From Camelus dromedarius (taxonomy: Eukaryota): DNA of 64,000 nt. A program made the translations under genes and the position numbers. Shown here one piece after another: positions 1-10,350 of this stretch (position 1 is the stretch's first letter; every line of letters starts with the position of its first letter). The stretch is from assembly GCF_036321535.1 (NCBI RefSeq), contig NC_087438.1, positions 10,914,001 through 10,978,000 of the forward strand. Direction: 5' to 3'. The notes under the pieces are model-generated. The model did no database searches. It saw only the letters and a list, made by a program, of their open reading frames with translations, and was not told the origin of the DNA.

Positions 1-11
1 CAAATTAAGAG

Positions 12-103
12 AGTGACTTAGGAAAGACATTTTGCCTTGCTGGTCTCAATCTTCTCTTCTGTAAAGTGAGAGGGTTGACCCCTTGCCAGTTCGAACATCC
101 TGT
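12..103 (+). mobile_element. MIR/MIR3 SINE fragment
   Basis: Degenerate MIR core (gtgacttaggaaagac...gtctcaatcttctcttctgtaaagtgagagggttg) followed by a MIR3-like tail (ccttgccagttcgaacatcctgt). Confidence 0.6.
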
Positions 104-189
104 AAACCTTTAAGTAGAATTCCAGGAGGAGGGAGCAGGTTGTATACCATCCCTCTTAGCAAGGAAAGTTGTACCCTATTGGTCATCGA

Positions 190-410
190 GGAAATGAAAA
201 TGTAAAAGCAACGTGATTTCAATTTTGACTCATTGAGATAATAAAGATAAGATAATTGATTTTCTAGTGCTGTTGTGAGTGCAGAAAAATAGATCCTCTC
301 AAGTACCGCTGGTGAGGGGGTAAAATTTGGTTAGACCAGTTTATATTGGGTACTAATAATGGTATCAAAGAATTCAAAAGCATACAAGCCAAACAAGTCA
401 ACGTCTGAAA
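190..410 (+). mobile_element. Ancient L1 (L1ME-like) ORF2 C-terminal fragment
   Basis: Resembles the L1 3' ORF2 consensus gaaatgcaaattaaaac...ctctcatacactgctggtgggagtgtaaattgg; here gaaatgaaaatgtaaaagc...ctctcaagtaccgctggtgagggggtaaaatttgg. Confidence 0.6.
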
Positions 411-451
411 TACGTGTTAATATTTTACCTAATAAACACATATTGATAGTT

Positions 452-562
452 AGAAGGAAAGAAAGAGAACATGGAAGAAGGAAGGAAGTAGGAAAGATAA
501 GAAGGAAGAAAGGAAGGAAAGATGAAAGAAGGAAGGAAGAAGGAAGGGAAGAAGGAAAAAAA
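452..562 (+). repeat. Purine-rich (GGAA/GAA)n low-complexity tract
   Basis: About 110 bp of near-pure A/G. Explains the R/K/E/G-rich ORF 359..583. Confidence 0.95.
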
Positions 563-579
563 GGTTATTTTTTTATTTA

Positions 580-720
580 CTGAGATAAGGAAGAATGGAA
601 TTTCTGTTCTTTTCTTCTTTTTTGCCAGAGAGAATCAGGAGTTCAATTTCTGATGTAAGTTTGAGATGGATATTAGACATAAAAGGAGAATAGCTGAATA
701 GGTTTTCAGATATAAATGAA
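580..720 (-). mobile_element. L2 fragment
   Basis: aatcaggagttcaatttctgatgtaagtttgagatggatattagacat resembles antisense L2 (gagttcagttttggacatgttgagtttgagg...). Confidence 0.6.
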
Positions 721-1795
721 TTAGATACACCTCATTCTTTCACTCCAGTATTTCTTTTACTTAATGACCTGATTGGGGTTCAAGTTTGGTTTTACAAAAT
801 ATATTATGTAACAATTTAAATATAATAGTACAGACCTAGGCACTTAAGGATTCACTCTCCAATTGGTAATATATCCTGCTCATGTCAGTATTCTTTATGT
901 ATTTAAGATTGACATATTTTGGTGTAAATAAATTTTTTAATAACACAATCTGTTCCTTGTTTGAGAAAGTCTATACTTCCATGGGCTTTCTTCTAGATGA
1001 AGCACTCCTGCTTAAAGGTCCTTTTAGGGAAAGTCTAGGGAAAGTCTAGGGGATCAGATACTATGTGTCAAAGGGGTGTTTGCTCTATATTCAGAGAAGA
1101 CTCTACATATATACTCACAGAATGTTGCAGAGTTGAGAGTAAAAAGTGTCCACCAACATCTGCCTCCTTCAAGAAGCATGTTCATTCCACCGTGGGAAGG
1201 ATCAGGAGAATCACATCTAATTGCCATCCTGAGGCATTTTCCTGAAAGTGTGTCCCTTCTTTGTTTCCAGTCAATCCAAGTGAAATTTCTTTCTTAAAAT
1301 AGGAAAATGAACACCTCCACTTTACTAAGAAGTAACATCTGGCTGGTTAAGTCACCAGTAAGAGAGGAATGATGATGGTTTTAGTCTGCAATCTTAGCTC
1401 ATCTTTGACATTTCCTTTCAGAAAACCGAGCGGCCGCACCCTTTTGTACACAGCTCAGAGGAAGCAGCTGCCAGAGAGGTGGTGCTGGAGGCTGATGAAC
1501 TCCCACATGTGATCAGAGGATTTCTGGGAAACTGAGCACCTCATCTTTAGAATGAGTGTTTAGAGTGTTTTCATGAATAAGATAGTTGTATTCTATTTTA
1601 AGCAAAACACTTGGTATTCTATGAGGGATTTTAAAAATAAAAAGTCTAGGATAAGTTTTAAATAAATTTTTTTTTACTTAAAGGCATGCAATTGCTCGAT
1701 CTATTTAAACAACATATTGCTGCTTATCTAGAAGATAAGATACCAAATCATAGTTAAACATTTACATAGTAAGATAAGACTCAGGCTCCTGCTTT

Positions 1796-2720
1796 TGTTA
1801 GGATTTTTTTTAAGTTGTGAATGAAAGAAACTTAACCCCACGTGTCTTAATCACAGACGGGATTTGCTGGCTCACACAACACCAGGTCTAGGGTGGATAT
1901 TATCAGGCGAGGCCAAAGCCAGGTGCTCACACAGTGACATCTGAAACCTGTCTCTCTCCATCTCCTGGCCCTGCTTTTCCCGTCTTGGTTTCATTCTCAA
2001 ACAGCTCTTTCCTTCATAATGGCAAGATGAATCCCAGCAGCCGCAGGCTTACGTTCCATCAGTAAAACAACCTCAGAGGAGAAAAGAGGTCCCATTTGCC
2101 CAGAATTCCATCACTCAACCTGAGACTCACTCTGATTGGCCTGGCTTGGGGGGAATGCTCGACCCTGAACCAATCTCTAAGTCCTGGGGGAGGAACTTTA
2201 TGATTGGATGGGCATGGGACACCCACCCGCAACTGGAATTGCAGAGGTGAGTTGAGGACCATTCCTACCTGAACCGTAGGGGCAGAGTTGTGTATTACTT
2301 TGCTCAAACTATAACAAAGCACCACAGAATATGTGGCCTACACAACAGAAATTTATTTTCCCACAGTCAGAGACTGGAAGTCCTAGATCAAAGTGTGGGC
2401 AGGTTTATTTTCTCCTGAGACCTCTCTCCTTGGCTTGCAGACGGCTATCTTCTCGCTGTGTCCTCATGGCCTATTTCCTTTTGTACATGTGTCTCATGTC
2501 TCTTCTTCTTATAAGGACATCAGCCCAATTGGATTAGGGTCCCAAACATATGACCTCTTTCAACCTTAATTACTTCTCTGAAGGCCCTAACTATAAATAT
2601 AGTCACATTGGGGGTAAGGGTCTCGACATATGAATTTTGAGGGGGACTCAGTTTGGTCCATAGCAGTGATTTGTTTTTCCAAAGGATGACTAGTCAGGCA
2701 GAAACCCTACATCTATCACA
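1796..2720 (-). mobile_element. MLT1K-like MaLR solo LTR, interrupted by an MLT1A-like LTR at 2291-2665
   Basis: Characteristic blocks tctctctccatctc...ttcattctca...ggcaagatg...ctctgattggcctggcttggg...cctgaaccaatc. The remainder (ccaaagga...caggcagaaac...tctatcaca) resumes after 2665. Confidence 0.8.
2291..2665 (-). mobile_element. MLT1A-like MaLR solo LTR
   Basis: TG...CA termini (tgtatt...tagca). Contains acaacagaaatttattttcccacagt...ggaagtcc...ataaggaca...ggattagggt...atatgaattttgagggg. Confidence 0.85.
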
Positions 2721-3240
2721 GCCTCGATAAAACTCAGAGGATGAAAGCAATGGCAAGATGTGGCAGAGGGATGCCCCCGGTGCCAAGTGGTAAGACGTGG
2801 GAGGGTCTGATCAGGTGATTTGGGTGCTTCTGCCAGAGGACACTGAGAGGGTGTCAGAGTAAGGGAGAGCATCCCAATCCAGGGGGGATGGTCAGAGAGA
2901 GAGGGGAACTGAATTCATGGGCACGAGCTGTGACTACCGGAATCGCAGTGGAAGCCCAAATAGTTCTAATCAAAGGATAAGACGGGGAAATAGTTTGGCT
3001 TCTGACCTATTATCTAAAAGTACGTGTTCCTCTTTAGGTCAGGCTTTATATTTTCTGTGTCCTACCTTGTGGACTTTCTCATTTTGCACATTAACAATTA
3101 AAAAAAAAAAACCTTATAAATTTACTCTGAAGCCTTTTTATTATTAATGCAGATTTTTTTAAGGTTTCATAGCAATTATCAAGAGGAGAGTTATTTCATA
3201 CTTTACTCAACAAAACTTTATAAAAATCTTGTTTGATAAC

Positions 3241-3447
3241 ACTACAATATATAAAATAGATAAACAAGGACCTACTGCACATACAGGTAACTATATTCAA
3301 TATCTTGAAATAACTTATAACGGAAAAGAATATGAAAAAGAATATCTATGAATATATATATATATAACTGAATCACTTTGCTATATGCCTGAAACTAACA
3401 CAACACTGTAAATCAACTATACTTCAAAACATTTTAAAAAGAAAAAA
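3241..3447 (+). mobile_element. 5'-truncated L1 3' end, cetartiodactyl type
   Basis: ataaaatagataaacaaggacctactg...actgaatcactttgct...cctgaaactaacacaacactgtaaatcaactatacttcaa, then an A-rich tail. Approximate TSD aaaaatctt on both sides. Confidence 0.9.
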
Positions 3448-4298
3448 TCTTTTTGTTGCTGCTCTACCCCACATCTTCCTTAACTTATTTCTTCTGCCTC
3501 TTTTTTGGGTCCATTGTGGTGGGTGAAGTGGCTAAGCAAACAGCTTCAACAAAACAAAACTCTTGGGTTAAGCAAACCTTGAGAATTTGGTGCTTCTGCA
3601 TCAGGTCTCAAGGAGGTGGGTTGGAAACAATTGCTTTTTTATTTCATTTAGAAATCATTTTCGTCTAATATTTAGAAATTTACTTGATTTTTGCTCTTGT
3701 ATGTTGTGACCTTGTTAAATGTGACCTCATAGTCATATTTAGCATCCTTAGAATCCAGTCCCACACATAGTCCCAGTACAGGCTGTATAAATCTTTTAAC
3801 TTCTTTGAATATAGTCCATGTGCTCCTTTATCAGACTCAGTAAGTTCATAGCCAAGCTTTTCTGTGATTTAAACCTGTAAGCTTAATGGCCAAAATGTAA
3901 GGAAGAGGCAGATTCTGAGCAGAACACCTGTTGAAGGGGAGAGGCCTCTGCATCATCATTCAGTATAGGACGGAGTGCTAACGCTTACCAGGAACACTGA
4001 ATAATTCATGCCTATTCAGAAGTTTCAGAGGAGTTCAGAGAGTCAAAATCTTTGGGGATACCCACTGGATGTGCCCATCCCACGTGTCAGAATCTCAAGG
4101 TTTTCATAACCAGAGCCCCAGCCTTGGCTTACCAGAGGTACCAGAGCTTGGTGTCTAAAATTCTTTAAAGTTCAGCCATTTGAACTCTTCATTCCTGCTC
4201 CTGATCCCGTTTTCTCTGCCCCGCTGCTGCATGAGATAGAAGCTTTGTGATAGGCCTTCCTTGCCTGCTCCAGTCCCTCCGCAGCTGGTTGTATTTCT

Positions 4299-4531
4299 TT
4301 TTAATGGAAGTATAGTGCTGTGCAATATTCTGTAAGTCATAGGTGTTCAATATAGTGATTCAAAATTTTAAGGGCTATACTCCATTTACTGTTATTATAA
4401 GTTATTGGCTATATTCCCTGTGCTGTACAATATATTCTTGTAGCTTATTTTATACATAGTAGTTTGTATCTCTTACTTCCCTCTCCCTATATTTCCCCTC
4501 CCCACTTCCCTCTCTCCATTAGTAACCAAGT
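4299..4531 (-). mobile_element. 5'-truncated L1 3' end with 16-bp TSD
   Basis: Antisense L1 3' UTR (gaagtatagt...gattcaaaatttt...ggctatattccctgtgctgtacaa). TSD agctggttgtatttct (4283-4298) vs agttggttatatttct (4532-4547), 14/16. Confidence 0.9.
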
Positions 4532-4849
4532 AGTTGGTTATATTTCTGTAGACTATCAATGCCGCTAAGCAATAGGCATCTGATCTGTTATTTTTATCTG
4601 CTTTTTCCTCTGTGAATCTGAAAAGCCTGAGGCATTGCATCCTTTCATGCACTTTCCTTCCAATAACAGATCATCCCAATTTACTACTAGCGAAGGTTCA
4701 ACATTTGAGCCAACCCCCCTTGCATCCTGTGCTGTCTGTCCTCCACCGAACATCAGTTTAAGATTCTCTTTGCTACCTGAGCAATGAATGATTCACCTCC
4801 TGTATCTCATCTTATCAACTGCCTTCTCAGAATACTGTCAGTATAAATG

Positions 4850-5251
4850 CTCTCAGGGTTGAGTCCTCTGAAAGCAGATGCTGAGAGGGTTTGAGACACA
4901 AAATGTTTATTAGGGATTGATCCATGTGAAAGGAAGAGAGAAATTCAGTTGGGCAGGGAAGAAGCTGAACTGTGATGAAGGCTGACAAACGTGGCCCAAA
5001 CAGTAGGAAGCTCTGGAGCTCTATTATTGCCCATGTTAGGCTGACATGACTGGGTCATCGTTACCTCTGCTTCGTCGATCACTAGGTGCAATCTGCCCAA
5101 AATTATACCGGACAAAACAGCTTTTGGTAGATAAGACAGGCCTTGAAGGATCTGAGAGCTGGAGACTGTATGTCAGCTGTGTTTCCTACAGTTGGATTGA
5201 AAGGCCTTCCTTGAAAGGGAATCTGGGCAGCACATCTTTGTATCTATCATA
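4850..5251 (-). mobile_element. LTR16-family (ERVL) solo LTR
   Basis: gagtcctctgaaagcagatgctgagag...tttattaggga...ggaagctctggagct...ccttgaaagggaatctgggcagcac resembles antisense LTR16. Confidence 0.7.
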
Positions 5252-5294
5252 GATATTGCCCCCCAGGTCCCCAGGGGCTGTTCCTTTTCTTCAA

Positions 5295-6000
5295 TATTCT
5301 GTGTCCTTCAGATAATGTAATTTCTACTTAATGTTCATTGACTCTTCTGCTATCTCCAATCTGCTGTTGAGCCCATCTAGTAAATTAAAACATTTATCCA
5401 TTTTACTTGCTCCATTCTATAATTTCCATTTGGTTCTTTTTCATAATTTCCTTTTTTTTTTTCTTTTTTTGGCTGAAATTCTTTATTTGCTGACTCAGTA
5501 AGACCATGTTTTCTTCAATTGTTTGAGCATATTTTCCTTTAATTTTTAAAACCTACCAATAATAGGTGCTTTCAAGTTTTGTCTGCTAAGTCCAGTATCT
5601 GATCCATTTTTGTATTTATTTTTGCTGACTGCTTTTTCCTTGACTATGGCTCATGCTTATCCTCCCTATGTTTTTGGAAGCCCAGTAGTTTTTACTGTGT
5701 AGTAGACATGCGGGTGCTGCACTTCAGGACTTTGGAGTCCATGGCTGTCCTCTGATGAAGATGGATGTTTGCTCTACTGAGTGGACCACTTATTGATTGA
5801 TTAACTTTGAATTTGGATTGGCTTCGCATTATGCTTCATTAGGGAAGATTTATAAAAGGAAAAAAAAGTGTTTTCCAACCCATTCTAACTTGGTAAGACT
5901 TAAAATTCAAACTCTTCCTTTTTTTGCAAACAGTGTCAAGGTCTGATTTTAGGCCTTGTTAGAACAGGTTTGCAGTTGGCATCCTTCTGGGACATGGTCC
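5295..6000 (-). mobile_element. Old L1M ORF1/5' region fragment
   Basis: tctgctatctccaatctgctgttgagcccatctagt...aatttccatttggttctttttc...tttgtctgctaagtccag is typical antisense L1 ORF1 coiled-coil sequence. Confidence 0.65.
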
Positions 6001-6009
6001 TCGGGGCAT

Positions 6010-9000
6010 GTATTGTTTAAGTGGAATTAATTACATTCTCAACATTGCAAAACCATCACCACTATTTATTTCCAAAAATTCTTCATTACTCTGAACAGAA
6101 ACTCTGTATCCATTAAGCAATAACTCCTATTTCTCTTTCCTCTGGTGATTTCTAATATACGTTCTCTATTTATAAATTTGCCTATTCTTGATACGTCATA
6201 TAAGAGCAATCATACATTATCTGTCTGGCTTATTTTATGCAAAATGTTTTCAAAATTCATCCATATTATAGCATATATCAGAACCTCATTCCACCGTGTG
6301 TATATACCACATTTTGTTTATCCATTCATCTGTTGATGAACAGTTGAATTGTTTCCACTTTCTGGCTATTGTAAATAATGCTGCAGTGAACATTGGCATA
6401 AAAGGATATTTGTATCCCTGCTTTCAATTCCTTTGGATATATACCTGGAAGTGGAATTGGTAGATCACATGGCAATTCTATGTTTAGTTCCTCGAGGAGC
6501 CACCAAACTCTTTTCCATCGCAGCTGCACCATGGCACATTCCCATCAACAGTGCACAAAGATTTTGATTTCTCTATATCTTGCCAATACTTGTTATTTTT
6601 TGTTTGTTTGTTTTAAAATAGCCATTCAAATGGGAGTGAAGTGGTATCTCATTGCGCTTTTGATTTGCATTTCCCTTATAATTAGTTATGTCAAACAACT
6701 TTTAAATGTCCTTATTGACAATTTGCATATCTTCTTTGGAGAAACATTCAAGTTCATTGTCCACTTTTTAACTGGATTTTTGTTGTTGTTATTGAGTTGT
6801 AGGAATTCTTTATATAAGCTGGATATTAAACACTCATCAGATGTATGATTTGCAAGTATTGTCTCCTATTCTATGGGTTGTCTTTTCACTCTTGTATTCT
6901 TCGATACACAAAATATTTTCATTTTGATGAAGTCCAGCTTATCTATTTTTTTCTTTTGTTTCTTGTGCTTTTGGTTTCATATCCGAGAAATTATTGCCAA
7001 GACCAACGTTTAGAAACTTAAAGAAATTCTCCTATGTGTTCTACCAGGAGTTTGACAGTTTCAGTCTTTACATTTAAGACATTAATCCATTTTGAGTTAA
7101 TTTTTGTAAGGGTCCAACTTTATTCTTTTGCATATGGATATCCAGTTTTCCTAGCACAATTTGTTGAAAAGACTACCCTTTCTTCATCGGATGGGGAAGT
7201 ACCTTACTCAAATATCATTTGACCATACATATGAGTATTTATTTCTGGGCTCTCTATTCTATTCCATTAGACTATATGTGTGTCCTTATGCCAGTACTAC
7301 ACAGTTACGATTACTGTAACAAGTTGTGAAATCAGAAAGTATGAGACCTCCAACTTGGTTCGTTTTTTTTCAAGATTATTTTGGTTATTCTAGGTCCCTT
7401 GTGATTCTATATGCATTTTAGGATTGGTTTTTTAATTTCTGCAAAAATGTTATTGGAATTTTTATTGGTATTGCGTTGAATCAGTCAATTTCGGAGAGTA
7501 ATATTTCACCTTAATGATATGAAGTCTTTCAGTCCATGAACACAGATGTTTTTCCATTTATTTATGTCTTTTCTAATTTCTTTCAGTGATGTTTTGCAGT
7601 TTTCAGTGTACAATTTTTTTTTTTTTTTGCCTTTTTGGTTAATGTGTAGCTAAGTATTTTATTCTTTTTGATGCTATTGTAATGGAATTGTTTTCTTAAT
7701 TTTCTTTTTGGCTTGTTCGATGTTAGTGTATAGAAAGGCAAGTGATATGTGTTGATTTGCATGTTGAAATTTTGCTGAATCTGTTTATTAGCTGTAACAG
7801 TTATATTGTAGACTTTAGGGTTTTCTACATATAAGATCATGTTATTTGTAAACAGGGATAATTTTACTTCTCTCTTTCTAGTTTGGCTGCCTTTCTTTTT
7901 CTTTTTGTTGCTCATTTCTCTGGCTTGAATTTGCAATATTATGTTAAATAGAAGTGGTGGAAGTGGGCATCACTGTTTTGTCACGCATCTTAGTGGAAAA
8001 GCTTTTAGTCTCTCGTTTATGATGTGATCTGTGGGTTTTTCAGGTATAGCCTTTATTATGTCGATGTAATTTCTTTATAATTTTAGTTTGTTGAGTACTT
8101 TTTTTAATCATGAAAAGTTGTTGAATTTTATGAGGTCTTTTCTGCATCAATTGAAATGATAATTTTTTCCTTACTCTGTTAATACGATGTATTGCATTGA
8201 TTGATTATCATATGTTGAATCATTCCAGTTGATCTTGGTGTATAATTATTTTACTATGCTACTGAATTCATGTTTTTAAGTATTTTGTTGAATATTTTTG
8301 CATCAAATACTGGCTTTGGTACCAGTGTAATGCTGATCTCATATAATGATATGGAAGTGTTCTCTCCTCTTCATTTTTTTTGGAAATTTAAGAAGAATTG
8401 GTATTAATTTTGTTTTAAATGTTTGGTAGAATTCATTGGTGAGGCCTTCTGGTACTGGACTTTCCTTGGGAGATTTTTGATGCTAATTCAATCACCTAAT
8501 GAGCACAGGTCTATTTCCTCATGATTTAGTTTTGGTAGATTTTGTTTCTAGGAATGTGTCCATTTCATTCAAATTATACAACTTGTTGGCTTACAATTGT
8601 TTGTGGTACTCTCTTATAATCCTTTTCCCCCCCTGGAAAATCAGTAGCAATGTCCCCACGTTTATTTCTAATTTTAGTAATTTGAGTCTTTTCTCTTTTT
8701 TCACAGCCAATATAGTTAAAGGTGTGTCAATTTTGTTAATTTTTTTCAAAGAACCAACTTTTCATTTCATCAAAGGACAGTTTTGCCAGACACAGATTTT
8801 TCAGACTTGCTTTTCTTCTGGCTCTTTAAATACATCTTTCCACTGCCTTCTGTCCTATAAGATTTCTGCTGAGAAATACACTGATAATGTTTTTGAGAAG
8901 TCCTCATATGTGACCATTTGCTTTTCTCTTGCTGCTTTCAAGATTCTATATCTGTCTTTGGCATTGAACAGTTTGAATATAATGTATCTCAGTGTGACTC

Positions 9001-10350
9001 TCTTTGGGGTTTTCCTCTTTGGACTTTGTTGAGCTTATTTTATTTGTATATCCATGTATTTCCTGAGATTTGGGAAGTTTTTGGCCATTCTTTCTTCACA
9101 TAAATTCTCAGCCTCCTTCTCTCTTCTCCTCCTGGGACTCCTCTCTCCCACCCTCCATCCACAATGTAACGTGTCTATTGGTCTCTTGGATGGCCCCATA
9201 AGTCCTTCAGGCTTTCTTCATTTTTTCTTCATTCTTTGTCCTCTTTGCTCCCTAGACTCAGTAATTTTAAATTAACTGTCTTCAAGTTTATCGATTCTTC
9301 TGTCTATTCAAGTCTTCTGCTGAATCTCTGTAGAAGATTTTTCAACTCCAGAATTTCTGTTTGGCATTTTATAACATCTGTCTTTGTTGATATTCTCATA
9401 TTGTTTATCTATCATTTTCCTGATTTCCTTCAGCTCTTTGTTCATGTTTTCCTTTAGTGCTTTGAGCATATATGAGGTAGCTGTTTTAAATTCTTTGTCA
9501 AGTATATCTAATGGCTTTGTTTTTTTCAAAGATGTTTCTATAGATTTATTTTGTTCCTTTGATTGAGCCATGTTTTCCTGTTTCTCTGTGTGCCTTGTGA
9601 TTTTTTTTTTAATTGGGCATTTGAAAAACTAGCTACCTCTCCCAGTTTTTGCAGACTGTTCTGTGAGGGGATAAACCTTCACTAATCAGCCCGGCATAAA
9701 TACTTAAGGTCTTCTTAAACCATTTCATGATGTCCATCTTTTCTGGGTTTGTATGTGTGTGTTTTTTCCAGTTTCCCCATATACACAGCTGCTTTTAAAT
9801 GTCTTGTGTTCCCTTAGAGTCTCAATCCTGTTTCTTCTTGGGACCTTAGCTGTTCTATTTAATTCCTCAGTCAGAAATCTCTTACCATAGGCATCTATGT
9901 GTTGGTAGTTTTCTTAAGCTATGCCTGATAACTTCCCACAGATTCCCTTAGTTTGAGATCTCAGATGATTTGAGCCTCTGAACTGAAAGTTAAGTGACTC
10001 AGAGACCAGTATCTCAGGCAGCATGTGGACAGGTTAGAACATCGAAAATTCACTCCTCTGTGCTCTCTCTGGCTTGCATAAGGTAAATGGGGATCAAGTC
10101 ACTGCTTCCCCCAAACTGCGGTGCCATGTCAGGTAGGAGGAGAAAGGGCAAATAAAATTCCATGAAACTTTCTACCATTTGAATGTGACTTTTTCTTAAT
10201 TGGGCATTTGTTTGGTTGCTATAGGTCTTTTACGGATTTCCAGAGCACCTATGAAGTTATTTTGGTCAGTTTCTAGTTGTTTGTTTAATGTTTCCATGGG
10301 GGAATGAGGGCCTGGAACTTCTTAGTCTGCCATCTTGCTGACATTACCCT
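6010..10350 (-). mobile_element. L1MB-like LINE-1 with both ends preserved but internally deleted; inactive
   Basis: 3' UTR at about 6010-6300. ORF2 C-term remnant WKRVWWLLEELNIELP..IPLPGIYPKE (6326-6532). RT motif VKLSLFTNNMILYVENP, cf. FADDM (7583-7936). ORF1p N-term MAQSKEQNKSIETS...KELKEIRKMI (9308-9571). 5' terminus gccatcttgctgac at about 10329-10343. Confidence 0.92.

Noticed and set aside
359..583. 74-aa R/K/E/G-rich ORF
   Set aside because: Translation of an L1 remnant plus the (GGAA)n tract; no gene context.
8499..9032. Longest ORF in the window (177 aa, hydrophobic)
   Set aside because: Antisense readthrough of L1 across the ORF1/ORF2 deletion junction. T-rich antisense L1 routinely gives F/L/S-rich pseudo-membrane ORFs.
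9308..9571. ORF1p-like 87-aa ORF as a functional or domesticated gene
   Set aside because: Only the N-terminal part survives and the rest is frameshifted; a fossil L1 remnant.
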